Origin: Thermodesulfobacteriota bacterium | GTDB taxonomy: Bacteria > Desulfobacterota_D > UBA1144 > Nemesobacterales > Mycalebacteriaceae | Reading direction: 5' to 3' | Assembly (NCBI GenBank): GCA_965198945.1 | Contig: CBDAQI010000001.1 | Coordinates: 192,001-256,000, forward strand | DNA: 64,000 nucleotides | In this document: positions 52,518 through 62,622 of the stretch, piece after piece | How positions within the stretch are numbered: the stretch's first letter is position 1 | Layout: each line of letters starts with the position of its first letter | The notes under the pieces: model-generated | Databases searched by the model: none | Told to the model about the DNA's origin: nothing | What the model saw: the letters and a program-made list of their open reading frames with translations, nothing else | Position numbers and translations under genes: made by a program

Positions 52518-53221
52518 AAACAATCAGACCGGCTGAACATTTTGACCGCGAGAGTGCAGAAGGTTACGACCGCAGGGTTCGGTATCTGATTCCCGGCTAC
52601 GAGTCCGTTCACGACCTTTTGAGGTTTCTTCTTGAGAGCTGCATTCCTCCCGCCTCCCGGCTTCTTATTGCCGGAGCCGGCACCGGCAATGAAGCGGTTT
52701 CTCTGGCTTGTGCAAATCTCGGATGGAAAATAACCGGTTTTGAGCCCGCTCCTGAAATGGTCAAAATTGCCAGATCAAAGGTTCGGGAAAAGGGTCTCAC
52801 CGGAAGGGTTGTTCTGGTTGAGGGCTTTATTGATTCAGTGGATGAAAAACCGCTTTTTGACGCGGCAACCTCAATACTGGTCATGCATTTTCTTGCAGAT
52901 GACGGTTCAAAAGACGAATTTGCCCGTGAAATTTCAAAGCGACTGAAGCCGGGAGGAAAATTTGTTCTCGCAGACCTTGAGGGGGAGGCCGCTTCTCCTC
53001 GTTTCAAAATGTTGATTTCCGCCTGGAAACTGCGCCTTCTTTCCGTCTTTGACGACGCTGAAAAAGTTGAGAAAACTTTTGACAACATAATGAAAAAGGT
53101 TGTTTTTTCCCCCGAAGGAAGAATAAGGGAAATACTTCACAACGCCGGTTTTGAAACGGCTGAGAAGTTTTTTCAAAGCTATCTTACGGGCGGTTACATT
53201 GCCGCCAAACCCGAAAATTGA
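52514..53221 (+). CDS. SAM-dependent methyltransferase (CmoA-like)
   Basis: IPGYE, AGAGTG, LVMHFL, LKPGG. Confidence 0.85.
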   Translation: MKTIRPAEHFDRESAEGYDRRVRYLIPGYESVHDLLRFLLESCIPPASRLLIAGAGTGNEAVSLACANLGWKITGFEPAPEMVKIARSKVREKGLTGRVVLVEGFIDSVDEKPLFDAATSILVMHFLADDGSKDEFAREISKRLKPGGKFVLADLEGEAASPRFKMLISAWKLRLLSVFDDAEKVEKTFDNIMKKVVFSPEGRIREILHNAGFETAEKFFQSYLTGGYIAAKPEN

Positions 53222-53234
53222 GTATCCTTTCATA

Positions 53235-53729
53235 ATGAGCGGTTTATCTCCCGAACAAAAACTGGAAAAAATGGGTGTCAGTCTTCCGGCCTCTCCAAGC
53301 CCGGCAGGTTCTTATCTACCATGCGTTCGTTCGGGCAATCTTGTTTTTGTTTCGGGGCAGCTTCCTTTGAAAGGCGGAAAACTTCTGTTTAAGGGAAGAG
53401 TGGGTGACGAATTGACCGTTGAGAGCGCAAATGAGTGCGCACGCCTTGCGGCGCTGAATGTCCTGGCGGTTTTGAGAGATGCCGGGGGCGGAAGTCTCAA
53501 TGCGGTTCGCAAAATAGTAAAAATTACGGGATATGTGGCTTCCGCTGAAAACTTTACATGTCAGGCCGATGTTGTGAACGGCGCATCAGATTTCTTCGCG
53601 GAGGTTTTCGGAGAAAAGGGAATGCACTCAAGGGCGGCGGTTGGCGCCGTACAGCTTCCGCTCGGCGCTCCGGTTGAGATTGAAGTCATAGCGGAAATGG
53701 CATCGGAACAGAACCCGCCTGTGGAATGA
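53235..53729 (+). CDS. RidA/YjgF family protein
   Basis: GSY, VSGQLP, VVNGASD, HSRAAVG, VEIE. Confidence 0.92.
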   Translation: MSGLSPEQKLEKMGVSLPASPSPAGSYLPCVRSGNLVFVSGQLPLKGGKLLFKGRVGDELTVESANECARLAALNVLAVLRDAGGGSLNAVRKIVKITGYVASAENFTCQADVVNGASDFFAEVFGEKGMHSRAAVGAVQLPLGAPVEIEVIAEMASEQNPPVE

Positions 53730-54523
53730 AGAGAAAAGTCTCTATCTGGACAGACTGCCTTCCGGTTTCGCTTGATGTTTTTGAGGTCGCGGATTTTCTG
53801 CGGGATTTCGGTTTTGACGCACGAATACGGGGCGGTTTGTTTGAAGCGAAAGGTGGCAACAATACGCTCGCCGCTTTTCTTGCCGGCATAAGGATACAAG
53901 ATTTTGAAACACCGCTTGACCGTCCCGCCACTCCGTCACGGGAGAATGTTGACGAGGAGGTTTCAGATCTTCGGACGGGTGAGACCATTGCCGAACATGC
54001 CTATGACGGTTTCTGGTTTCAGAGGAAACTGCACACGGAAATTGCCTCTTTCCACTCTCCGGACACGCTGGCAAATCTGGTTCTTACGGGGCGGCTTGTC
54101 TGCACTTACGGGCGGAAAAGATATCATGCAAGAGTGGTTCTGATGGGGGCTATGCGGTCCGCCGTTCAGATTGTTTCCACCGCGGGTGTGGTTGAAGGGC
54201 CCGCCAGACCGCCCGAATATTACTGGGCAAAAGGGCGTATTTTTCAGCGGGGGCTCACCGGTGATGAGCTCAGAGACGCTCTTTCAGTTCTTGACGATAC
54301 ATTCAAAGGCAGGTTTGTTGAGCAGTCCGACCCTCTGATGGGGCGCATAGTTTCCGCCTATTGTCTGCAACCTCTTCTTTATGTTATTGGGGGAAGGGTG
54401 TTTTGCGAAGACCCCGGTTGTTGTCTTTTTAATTCACACCGGCAGTCCGAGGTGTTGAAAGCCCAGGCGCAAGGGGCTGTTTGCGAACAATGCTCCGGGA
54501 TGTTGAGCGGGGCGGGGGGTTGA
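53726..54523 (+). CDS. Putative metallopeptidase-like protein (DUF6775-like)
   Basis: YDGF, RYHAR, VEGPARP.EYY, FCEDPGCCLFNSHRQ, CEQC. Confidence 0.6.
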   Translation: MKRKVSIWTDCLPVSLDVFEVADFLRDFGFDARIRGGLFEAKGGNNTLAAFLAGIRIQDFETPLDRPATPSRENVDEEVSDLRTGETIAEHAYDGFWFQRKLHTEIASFHSPDTLANLVLTGRLVCTYGRKRYHARVVLMGAMRSAVQIVSTAGVVEGPARPPEYYWAKGRIFQRGLTGDELRDALSVLDDTFKGRFVEQSDPLMGRIVSAYCLQPLLYVIGGRVFCEDPGCCLFNSHRQSEVLKAQAQGAVCEQCSGMLSGAGG

Positions 54524-54573
54524 ACCGGGAATCACGGGCGGGTTTTGTTTTTCCGCTTTGTTGCGCCGGTTCC

Positions 54574-55392
54574 TTATCCTTCCATTTTTCTGAGAGTTTC
54601 TATTGCAACTCTTGCCGCCTTCTTTCCTGAAAGCAGCATGCCGCCGAAAGTGGGCCCCATTCTGGGCAGTCCATATGTGGTGTTAACGGACATTCCGCAC
54701 GCTATCAGTCCCGGGTGAACCTCTCCCGTGTATTCCACAAGGGCGTCTTCGGCTTTCTCCACCCACATTGACCCGTGTCCCGGAAGTTTTTTGTATAGTC
54801 CCTGCTGTGACAGGCGTGAAACCGCATATGCGTCATGGCCGGTCGCGTCTATGACGAGTTTTGACTCTATGGATATGGGGTCAAGACAGGTTATTTCCTT
54901 CGGCACATTGGCTATCGGAGTCCAGTTGATGACGATTCCCGCAACCCGGCCGTCTTCTCTCAAGACCAGATCGTCAAACATCGTCATGTTTCTTATGGTC
55001 GCTCCGGCCTCACAGGTCATTGAAATGAGTTTTGAGCACGCGTAAGGCGCGTCAACTATAAAGTGCCCTTCGGATATTTCCTGATAAGGAACCTCAATTT
55101 CATCCAGAACCGTTTGTCCGGGGGCTCGCACGCTTGCTTTGTTCATAAGGTATCCGCCTATCCAGAAACCGCCGCCCAGAGAGTTCAAGCGCTCAACAAG
55201 CAGAACTTTATATTTGGCAAGCGCTATGTCTTTTGCGGCGACAAGACCGCTCGGCCCCGCGCCTACTACAATCACATCACTTTCCGTGTATTCAAGAAAT
55301 TCACGGGAAAAACTTTCAACAATTCCCCTTGTAACCTCTTTTTCTCCAACCGGAGCAAACTTCACTTTTCCGTTTTTGTCATTCTGTGCCAT
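54574..55392 (-). CDS. thi4: Thi4 adenosine diphosphate thiazole synthase (Cys-type)
   Basis: GAGPSG, GGGFWIGG, TCLDP, DATGHD, PRMGPTFGGMLLSG. Confidence 0.95.
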   Translation of the reverse strand: MAQNDKNGKVKFAPVGEKEVTRGIVESFSREFLEYTESDVIVVGAGPSGLVAAKDIALAKYKVLLVERLNSLGGGFWIGGYLMNKASVRAPGQTVLDEIEVPYQEISEGHFIVDAPYACSKLISMTCEAGATIRNMTMFDDLVLREDGRVAGIVINWTPIANVPKEITCLDPISIESKLVIDATGHDAYAVSRLSQQGLYKKLPGHGSMWVEKAEDALVEYTGEVHPGLIACGMSVNTTYGLPRMGPTFGGMLLSGKKAARVAIETLRKMEG

Positions 55393-56002
55393 CTTTTACA
55401 GTTTTCTCCTTGTTCTCTTCAGGTTCGGCCGGTTCCTCAGATTCGGCCTCCGTTTCGTTTTCCCCTTCGCCCGCCGCAACATTTTCCGCCGCTTCGGCCG
55501 TTTCCTCAGGTGCCTCCGCCGCGGCAACCTCCTGCGCTTCTTTTTCTTCCTCGTCTTCCTCGGCAGTAATCTGCACAACTATGGAAGTTTTTATTTGCGC
55601 CTTGACCCTTATGGGCACATCAAATCTGCCGACGGATTTGATATTTTTTTCAAGCAGGATGTTTTTCTTTTCTATTTCAATTCCGTGCTGTTCTTTAAGG
55701 GCTTCCTCTATGGTGTTAACGTTTACCGAGCCGAACATCTTTTGTCCCTGGCTCAGTTTTGTTTCTATTGATATGACCGTTCCTTCAATTTTGTCCGCAA
55801 ATGCCTGAGCATCCGCAATGGTTTTCTCACGTTTCTCTTTAAGGGCTTCAAGCTTTTTCTCCCAGTCCCTCAAATTTGACCGGGTTGCCTCTATGGCGAG
55901 CTTCTGCGGAAAGAGGTAGTTTCTCGCGAGACCCTTTCTGACGGTCTTTATCTCACCGGCAAGTCCTATGTTGTCCACATCAGATGTCAGTATGACTCTC
56001 AT
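55379..56002 (-). CDS. rplI: 50S ribosomal protein L9 with acidic tail
   Basis: MRVIL, GLARNYLFP, FGSV. Confidence 0.96.
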   Translation of the reverse strand: MRVILTSDVDNIGLAGEIKTVRKGLARNYLFPQKLAIEATRSNLRDWEKKLEALKEKREKTIADAQAFADKIEGTVISIETKLSQGQKMFGSVNVNTIEEALKEQHGIEIEKKNILLEKNIKSVGRFDVPIRVKAQIKTSIVVQITAEEDEEEKEAQEVAAAEAPEETAEAAENVAAGEGENETEAESEEPAEPEENKEKTVKDGTE

Positions 56003-56013
56003 TTTCTACGCCT

Positions 56014-56259
56014 CTACTTATGAAGTGTCGTGTAGGGAAGAAGCGCCATAAAACGCGCCCGCTTAATCGCGGTCGCCACTCTTCTCTGTTCTTTAGCGTT
56101 CAAACCCGTTCCCCTTTTGGATATTATCTTTTTTCTTTCGGTTATGAATTGGGAGAGGAGCTCCGTGTCCTTATAATCAATCCGCTTTCCCTCTTTGGCA
56201 AGATTGCGCGCTTTTCTTCCTTTTCTTCTGTTAGGTCTTCTCTGGGTGTGGCTCCTCAT
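56014..56259 (-). CDS. rpsR: 30S ribosomal protein S18 (Cys-less, zinc-independent type)
   Basis: [18 protein letters not shown]. Confidence 0.97.
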   Translation of the reverse strand: MRSHTQRRPNRRKGRKARNLAKEGKRIDYKDTELLSQFITERKKIISKRGTGLNAKEQRRVATAIKRARFMALLPYTTLHK

Positions 56260-56750
56260 TTTCCTTCCTCTCCTTTGTTCTCAGTTGACCGGGTCGGTGG
56301 TTCGGAAACCGCTCCGCTTTGTGCCGCCGGAGCCTCTGTCGCTCTGGGCGCCTCGTCCGCCCTCCGGCTTTGTCTTTCTTCCCCGGTTTTTTCTTTCAGA
56401 CGCTGCTCCGGGACGGGGGGTTTTTCCGGTTCTCTGCCGTGAGCCTGATCCTCATCCACCGAAACCGTTATAAACCTCATCACTTCACTTTTGTGAAAGC
56501 CCAGATGTTTTTCAACGGCCGCGACAACGCCGGGAAGAGCTTTGTATGTAAGAATATGGTATAAACCGCGCCTGTAACCTTCTATTTCGTAGGCAAGAGC
56601 GCGTTCATCCCATTTTTCATCCCTTATGGTCTGCCCGCTGTTTTCTTTCAGAGCGCCGGCAATTTTATCCCGTATAACGCCAAGCTCATCGCTTCCGATA
56701 TCGGGTCTCACCAGATAGAGAGTCTCGTAAAATCTAAGTTTGTCAGTCAA
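56256..56750 (-). CDS. rpsF: 30S ribosomal protein S6 with C-terminal extension
   Basis: [25 protein letters not shown]. Confidence 0.95.
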   Translation of the reverse strand: MTDKLRFYETLYLVRPDIGSDELGVIRDKIAGALKENSGQTIRDEKWDERALAYEIEGYRRGLYHILTYKALPGVVAAVEKHLGFHKSEVMRFITVSVDEDQAHGREPEKPPVPEQRLKEKTGEERQSRRADEAPRATEAPAAQSGAVSEPPTRSTENKGEEGK

Positions 56751-56754
56751 CTGC

Positions 56755-56822
56755 TTCCTCCTGCTTCGGTCTTGCGCCCGCTTTGCTCACCGTCTCCTGC
56801 GGGAACAGGCAAGAAGGCCTGT
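56755..56822 (-). ncRNA. S6:S18 ribosomal protein leader (cis-regulatory RNA)
   Basis: CCTTCTTGC...GCAAG-ACCG-AAGCAGGAGG: CCG bulge next to a stem that includes the SD; extended -10 TGTTATAAT at 56830-56838. Confidence 0.7.
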
Positions 56823-56865
56823 GGGGCGGATTATAACATATAAACCGTCCTTTCAAAATCCGCTG

Positions 56866-58944
56866 TCAAAGCATAAGCGGAGCGATGACGAGCGAGACTA
56901 TGGACATAAGTTTTATCAGTATGTTCATTGCAGGTCCCGAAGTGTCTTTGAACGGGTCTCCTATGGTGTCTCCGACAACCGCGGCTTTGTGCGCTTCGGA
57001 GCCCTTGCCTCCGAGATTGCCCTCTTCTATGTATTTTTTCGCGTTGTCCCAGGCTCCTCCGGAATTTGCCATAAGCAAGGCCAGCATAACGCCGGTTACG
57101 ACCGCCCCCGCGAGAAATCCGCCGAGAGCTTCCTTGCCGAGGGCAAGGCCTATCGCTATTGGCGCTATCACCGCCACAACGCTCGGAACAATCATTTCAC
57201 GCAAAGAGGCGTCCGTGCTGATGCCGACGCATGTGGAGTAGTCCGGTTTTGTTTTTCCCTCAAGAATTCCCTTAATTTCCCGGAACTGTCTCCTCACTTC
57301 CTCAACCATTTTCTGCGCCGATCTTCCTACGGCTCCCATTGTGAGAGCGCCTATTATGAAAGGCATTGTTCCGCCTACAAGCATTCCTATTACAACTTTC
57401 GGCTGTGAAATGTCTATGGATGAAAGACCGACCGCATTGACATATGCGGCAAAAAGCGCCAGAGCAGACAGTGCCGCCGACCCGATGGCAAAGCCTTTTC
57501 CGATTGCGGCCGTTGTGTTTCCGAGTGAGTCAAGCTTGTCCGTTATTTTTCTCACGTTTTCACCGAGTCCGCCCATTTCCGCAATGCCTCCGGCGTTGTC
57601 CGCAACCGGTCCGTAGGCGTCCACCGACATTGTCATGCCGATTGTTGCAAGCATGCTGACCGCCGCGATCCCTATTCCGTAAAGCCCGGCGCAGTAATAG
57701 GAAAGCCCTATTACAATTGCTATTGTAAAAACAGGCGCCGCCACGCTATACATCCCAACCGCCAGTCCCTCAATGATGTTGGTAGCCACTCCCGTTTCTG
57801 ACGCTTCGGCGATTTTTTTCACCGGTGAAGCCGAAGTGTAATACTCCGTTATGCGTCCTATGATAACGCCTGAGAAAAGACCCAGAACCGAGGCGAGGAA
57901 AATACCGATCGCGCTCAAAACCACGAAACCGTCTCCGCCGGAAAAACCGTGCAGACCGCTTTTGTCCAGCTGCGTGTTTGCCGCGAGAAGAAGCAGCCCG
58001 GCAAGCGAAAGAACAATGTATACGACACCCGCTATGATGGTTGACCAGCGCAGTACCAGTTGCGGCTCAGAGTTTTTGAGCCATCCCACCGACTGTGCTC
58101 CGACCAGAGATGCCAGGCTTCCCGCCAATATGAGACCCAGAGGAACGGCCATCAAAACGGATGAATCCACCAGCGCTCCGCCGCGGGAAACAAATGTTGC
58201 GGAAGCCGCTATGACAACCGTTGCGATAACGGCTCCAACATATGATTCAAAAAGATCCGCTCCCATTCCGGCGACATCTCCGACATTGTCTCCGACATTG
58301 TCCGCTATTGTCGCGGGATTTCTGGGGTCATCTTCAGGAATGCCCGCCTCAACTTTTCCAACGAGGTCCGCTCCCACATCCGCGGCTTTTGTATAGATGC
58401 CGCCTCCGATTCTGGCAAAAAGGGCCACAGTGCTGGCTCCCATTGCAAAACCGCCTATTATTTCCGCAAAAATATAATTTTCCATTGTTCCGAGAACAAT
58501 GAAACTGATTGAAAGCCCCAGCAGCCCGAGCCCCGCGACCGAAAGCCCCATAACATTTCCGCCTTTGAATGCGGCTTCAAGGGCTTTTGACTGTCCGCCG
58601 TTTGCCGCCGCCTGCGCGGTTCTTACATTGGCTTTTGTTGCGGACTGCATTCCGAAAAATCCGGCAAGCACGGAACACAACGCCCCTCCGACATATGCAA
58701 GCCCCGTTTCCCACCCTATCCAGTAGCTGATAAAAGCGAAAACCGCCACAACAAATACAAAAATAATTCTGTATTCTCTTTTAAGAAACACCATTGCCCC
58801 TTCATGGATGGCTTCGGATATTTCCTTCATCTTGTCGCTTCCGACCGGCAGTGCGTTCAGGCCCCGATAGACAATGTAGGCGTAGAGCAAAACAATCACT
58901 CCCACCACTGCTCCGGCAATTCCAGCCGTGTATGTATCAAACAT
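56866..58944 (-). CDS. hppA: Membrane-bound K+-dependent (probably Na+-translocating) pyrophosphatase
   Basis: [33 protein letters not shown] (Ala variant, K+-dependent). Confidence 0.95.
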   Translation of the reverse strand: MFDTYTAGIAGAVVGVIVLLYAYIVYRGLNALPVGSDKMKEISEAIHEGAMVFLKREYRIIFVFVVAVFAFISYWIGWETGLAYVGGALCSVLAGFFGMQSATKANVRTAQAAANGGQSKALEAAFKGGNVMGLSVAGLGLLGLSISFIVLGTMENYIFAEIIGGFAMGASTVALFARIGGGIYTKAADVGADLVGKVEAGIPEDDPRNPATIADNVGDNVGDVAGMGADLFESYVGAVIATVVIAASATFVSRGGALVDSSVLMAVPLGLILAGSLASLVGAQSVGWLKNSEPQLVLRWSTIIAGVVYIVLSLAGLLLLAANTQLDKSGLHGFSGGDGFVVLSAIGIFLASVLGLFSGVIIGRITEYYTSASPVKKIAEASETGVATNIIEGLAVGMYSVAAPVFTIAIVIGLSYYCAGLYGIGIAAVSMLATIGMTMSVDAYGPVADNAGGIAEMGGLGENVRKITDKLDSLGNTTAAIGKGFAIGSAALSALALFAAYVNAVGLSSIDISQPKVVIGMLVGGTMPFIIGALTMGAVGRSAQKMVEEVRRQFREIKGILEGKTKPDYSTCVGISTDASLREMIVPSVVAVIAPIAIGLALGKEALGGFLAGAVVTGVMLALLMANSGGAWDNAKKYIEEGNLGGKGSEAHKAAVVGDTIGDPFKDTSGPAMNILIKLMSIVSLVIAPLML

Positions 58945-58985
58945 TATTTTCTCCTCCGTTGATTTTCTGTTTTTTCAAATTTGTT

Positions 58986-59561
58986 TCAAGTTCGGTTGTA
59001 TTTGTTCATTGCGGCTTCGGCGCCGGATGAAACGACTTCGCAAACCGCTTCCGTAGCTCTCTCTACGGAACCCATAACGGCGTTCATTTCTTCATCACGG
59101 AAGTCCTCAAGAACATATACGGCGGTTTCAACTCCGGTTTTTGATTTGCCAACACCTATTCTCAGTCTTATGAAATCATTTCCCAGTCTGTTAATCAGAG
59201 ATTTGACTCCGTTGTGTCCCGCGCTGCCGCCGCCCAATTTTACTTGGATGCGTCCCACGGGCAAATCCACTTCGTCATGCGCCACCACCAGATTTTCTTT
59301 GCCGATGCCGTGAAATTGCATTATCCGCCTCACAGGCTCTCCACTGTTGTTCATGTAGGTTTCGGGTTTGAAGACAATCATTTTTACGCCCTCGAGAAAA
59401 CCGCTTCCGTAACTTCCCCCGAAACCCTTCCTTGAAATTTCAATTCCGATTCTTTCCGCAACTTTTTCAACCGCCATAAAGCCGACATTGTGTCTGTTCC
59501 GTTTGTAGCGCAATCCGGGATTGCCGAGACCAGCTATGAGAAAAGCCACGGTTTTTCTCAT
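58986..59561 (-). CDS. pth: Peptidyl-tRNA hydrolase
   Basis: GLGNPG, RHNVGF, YMNNSG, GHNG. Confidence 0.97.
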   Translation of the reverse strand: MRKTVAFLIAGLGNPGLRYKRNRHNVGFMAVEKVAERIGIEISRKGFGGSYGSGFLEGVKMIVFKPETYMNNSGEPVRRIMQFHGIGKENLVVAHDEVDLPVGRIQVKLGGGSAGHNGVKSLINRLGNDFIRLRIGVGKSKTGVETAVYVLEDFRDEEMNAVMGSVERATEAVCEVVSSGAEAAMNKYNRT

Positions 59562-59580
59562 AGCTGGTTTTTTCTCCGTC

Positions 59581-60252
59581 TTAATTGCCGGAGCTTTCCT
59601 CCGTGGTTTCCTGTGTCTCTCCCGAACTTTCCTCCGTTTCCGCATCTTCCTTCGTCTCCGCGGTTTGCTGCGCCGCTTCGGAGATTGCGGCTCTGGGCGC
59701 TATAACCATTACAACTGTGTCTTTCGGGTTGTTCAGGATTTGGATATTCTCAGCCGGGGTTATGTCTCTTACATGCAGAGAGTCCCCCACGCCCAGTTCA
59801 GTTATGTCCACTTCAATTCTGCCCGGTATGTTTTCGGGAAGGCATTTGATTTTGAAATTTCTTTCAGTGGCCTCAAGTATTCCGCCTTCTTTGATGCCGC
59901 GTGATGTTCCGACAAATTCTATGGGAACATCAACTTTGAGTGCGCTGTTCGGGTCTATGGACTGAAAGTCAAGGTGTTTTGTTTTGCCGGATACGGGGTC
60001 TTTCTGGACATCTTTGAGAATTGAGAGAGCAGGGCTGGTGTCGGAATTTTCAATATTGATTTCAAGCAGCGTGTTTCTGTAGGATTCGGTTGCCAGCGCT
60101 TTTTTCAAATCCTCCGGCGCGACCTCAATTGACAATGAGTCAATTCCCTTTCCGTAGATAACGCCCGGAATCATCTTGTCTTTTCTGACTTTGGCTACAC
60201 CGATTTTTCCGGTTCGTTCCCTTTTTCTGACGATCAAACTGCTTTTTTCCAT
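59581..60252 (-). CDS. rplY: 50S ribosomal protein L25/Ctc
   Basis: IPGVIYG, HLDFQ, GIKEGG. Confidence 0.95.
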   Translation of the reverse strand: MEKSSLIVRKRERTGKIGVAKVRKDKMIPGVIYGKGIDSLSIEVAPEDLKKALATESYRNTLLEINIENSDTSPALSILKDVQKDPVSGKTKHLDFQSIDPNSALKVDVPIEFVGTSRGIKEGGILEATERNFKIKCLPENIPGRIEVDITELGVGDSLHVRDITPAENIQILNNPKDTVVMVIAPRAAISEAAQQTAETKEDAETEESSGETQETTEESSGN

Positions 60253-60292
60253 TTTAGGTTTCCTCTGTAAGCGGAGCTATATGCGTACTGAA

Positions 60293-61246
60293 TCAGTTGA
60301 AAAGAGGGCTTATGGATTGTCCCGTCGCCACTCTGCGAATTGATTCTCCTATTAAGTCAGCCATGGATAAAACGGTCAGTCTATCACACTTTTCAATTTT
60401 TTCTTCCTGCGCGATCGTATTTGTTATCACAACTTCCTCAAAACGGGATGAATTGATCCTTTCAATCGCAGGGCCGGAAAGAACTCCGTGTGTGCAGCAT
60501 AGGGAAACGCTTTTCGCACCCTCGCTGATGAGAACATCCGCCGCCTGCGTTGCCGTTCCGGCGGTGTCAACCATATCGTCCACTATAATTGCGTGCTTTC
60601 CTTTTACATCTCCTATGATGTAATCCACATCAGCCACATTCGGCGCGGTTCTTTTTTTCGTGGTCATTGCGATTTCCAAATGCATCTTGTCGGCGTAAAA
60701 CCGGGCTCTTTCCATTCCCCCCGCATCCGGAGAAACAACAATGGCATTTTCGCCTTCATATTTTTTCTTCAAATATCCTATTATTACGGGAGCCGCGTAG
60801 AGGTGGTCAACAGGGACATCAAAGAACCCCTGTATCTGCCCCGCGTGAAGATCAATTGTCATCACACGTTTTGCTCCGGCGTTGACCACTGTGTCGGCTA
60901 TAAGTTTCGCTGATATTGGCCCGCGCGGTTTGACTTTTCTGTCCTGCCGCGAATAGCCGTAATAGGGCATAACCGCTGTTATTGAAGCCGCCGAAGCGCG
61001 TTTGAGGGCGTCAGTGATTATAAGCAGCTCCATAATGTTTTCATTTACCGGGGGGCAGGTTGACTGGACTACAAAAACGTTTGCTCCTCGTACGCTTTCC
61101 ACAATCTCGGCGTATATTTCGCCGTCGCTGAATCTGTGCAGATTTATTTTTCCCGGCCGGACGCCTATTTTCTCACAAATTGACTCAAAAAGCGGGATGT
61201 TGGAACTTCCGCCAAACACCTTTACCGTTTCATCTAAATCGGACAC
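60293..61246 (-). CDS. prs: Ribose-phosphate pyrophosphokinase
   Basis: FSDGE, YSRQDRK, DLHAGQIQGFF, DDMVDTAGT. Confidence 0.98.
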   Translation of the reverse strand: MSDLDETVKVFGGSSNIPLFESICEKIGVRPGKINLHRFSDGEIYAEIVESVRGANVFVVQSTCPPVNENIMELLIITDALKRASAASITAVMPYYGYSRQDRKVKPRGPISAKLIADTVVNAGAKRVMTIDLHAGQIQGFFDVPVDHLYAAPVIIGYLKKKYEGENAIVVSPDAGGMERARFYADKMHLEIAMTTKKRTAPNVADVDYIIGDVKGKHAIIVDDMVDTAGTATQAADVLISEGAKSVSLCCTHGVLSGPAIERINSSRFEEVVITNTIAQEEKIEKCDRLTVLSMADLIGESIRRVATGQSISPLFN

Positions 61247-61277
61247 TTTGAACCCTCTTTAACACAAGACAAACCAC

Positions 61278-61300
61278 AAAAAACCCGCCCGGAGGGCAGG
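61278..61300 (-). terminator. Terminator-like hairpin in the prs leader
   Basis: CCTGCCC-TCC-GGGCGGG-TTTTTT on the minus strand. Confidence 0.5.
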
Positions 61301-61367
61301 ATTACTAAATATAGACGGAAGGGGGGATTATGCAAGAAGGTTGATTTTATAATACAGTTAGATTTCA

Positions 61368-62246
61368 ATGAAGTTTTTTGCACTAGATGTTGAGACCGCA
61401 AATCCTGATTATTCCTCTATCTGCCAAATAGGGATTGCTGAGTTCCGAAAGGGTAAATTAGTAGATCAATGGAACACACTGGTTAATCCAGAAGACTATT
61501 TTGACCAATCCAATGTAGTTATAAATGGTATTAGTGAGAATGATGTAAAAGGCTCTCCAAATTTTGGTAGTGTTTATAAAGAGCTTGAGGGAAAAATAAA
61601 TAGCCAAATAGTAGTTCATCATATGCCATTTGACAGGGTTGCTGTCAATCAGGCTTGTGAAAAATATAACTTGGGAGAATTGCAAATAAGATGGCTTGAT
61701 TCTGCCAGAATTGCTAGAAGGGCTTGGAGAGAAAAGTTTGCCCGCAAAGGCTATGGACTAAAAAATGTTGCAACCTCTCTAGGAATTGAATTTCAACACC
61801 ACGACGCTCTTGAAGACGCAATTACTGCTGGGAGGATTGTCAGTCGCGCATGTTATGAAAATGGGGTGTCAATTGAAGAATGGTTTATAAGGGTAGAAAA
61901 ACGGATTTTCCCCTCTAACATTAACAGCCCGCGTTCTTCTCTGAGACTTGAAGGCAATCCGGAAGGGGATTTGTATGGAGAGAGTGTTGTATTTACCGGA
62001 GAACTTTCTCGTACAAGAACCGAGATGGCAGAAATTGCTGCTGAACTTGGTTGTGATGTTAGCAACTCGGTATCTAGGAAGACATCAATTCTTGTGTTGG
62101 GAAGTCAGAATATTGAAAGGCTATCCGGACACGACAAGAGTTCAAAGCATAGGCGGGCGGAAGAGTTGATTGCCAAAGGTGTTCCTATCAAAATTTTATC
62201 CGAGAAGGATTTCGTGGAATTTTGTAATATCCAAAATGCTGATTGA
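61368..62246 (+). CDS. DEDDh 3'-5' exonuclease (DnaQ-like) with C-terminal BRCT domain
   Basis: LDVETAN, FD, HHDALEDA; VVFTGEL...VSRKTSILV...SSK..RA. Confidence 0.9.
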   Translation: MKFFALDVETANPDYSSICQIGIAEFRKGKLVDQWNTLVNPEDYFDQSNVVINGISENDVKGSPNFGSVYKELEGKINSQIVVHHMPFDRVAVNQACEKYNLGELQIRWLDSARIARRAWREKFARKGYGLKNVATSLGIEFQHHDALEDAITAGRIVSRACYENGVSIEEWFIRVEKRIFPSNINSPRSSLRLEGNPEGDLYGESVVFTGELSRTRTEMAEIAAELGCDVSNSVSRKTSILVLGSQNIERLSGHDKSSKHRRAEELIAKGVPIKILSEKDFVEFCNIQNAD

Positions 62247-62315
62247 TTTGGACATAAAAATTCCGGAGAAATATTTGAATTCAAAGAAGAAATCAAATTT
62301 TTTGGAGTAAAACAG

Positions 62316-62594
62316 ATGACCAATCAGAGACAAAAAAGCGTTTTGGAGTCAAAACAAAAAGCCAAGAGGTGGGCAGTAAGAGAAATTACAAGCAAGTGGT
62401 TTATGGGTTATAGCGAGGGGACTTTCTCTGATGACATTTGTTACGCTTATCTGTTTGAGAAAAAAGAGGAAGCCGAGAAGAAATGCCAGGTTTACGGCCA
62501 TCATGAAGTTGTTGAGGTGAATGTGACAATTGAGTCACAAATATTTATTGATAGGTGGAAAAAAATAGAGACCGAGAAGAAAACTACTTCCTGA
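62316..62594 (+). CDS. Hypothetical protein
   Basis: 92-aa ORF preceded by GGAG; its stop falls inside the direct repeat. Confidence 0.45.
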   Translation: MTNQRQKSVLESKQKAKRWAVREITSKWFMGYSEGTFSDDICYAYLFEKKEEAEKKCQVYGHHEVVEVNVTIESQIFIDRWKKIETEKKTTS

Positions 62595-62606
62595 ACTTCC
62601 CGAAAT
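62584..62606 (+). repeat. 23-bp direct repeat, copy 1
   Basis: CTACTTCCTGAACTTCCCGAAAT; 22/23 identical to 63977-63999. Confidence 0.85.
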
Positions 62607-62622
62607 TCGTTTTTTCAAAGAG

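Noticed and set aside
54522..54573. GAACCGG...CCGGTTC hairpin as a REP or ncRNA
   Set aside because: Only a single copy was seen, between convergent genes; most simply a termination structure.
55379..60252. Acidic low-complexity tails of L9, S6 and L25
   Set aside because: Common lineage-specific extensions; no repeat-unit structure.
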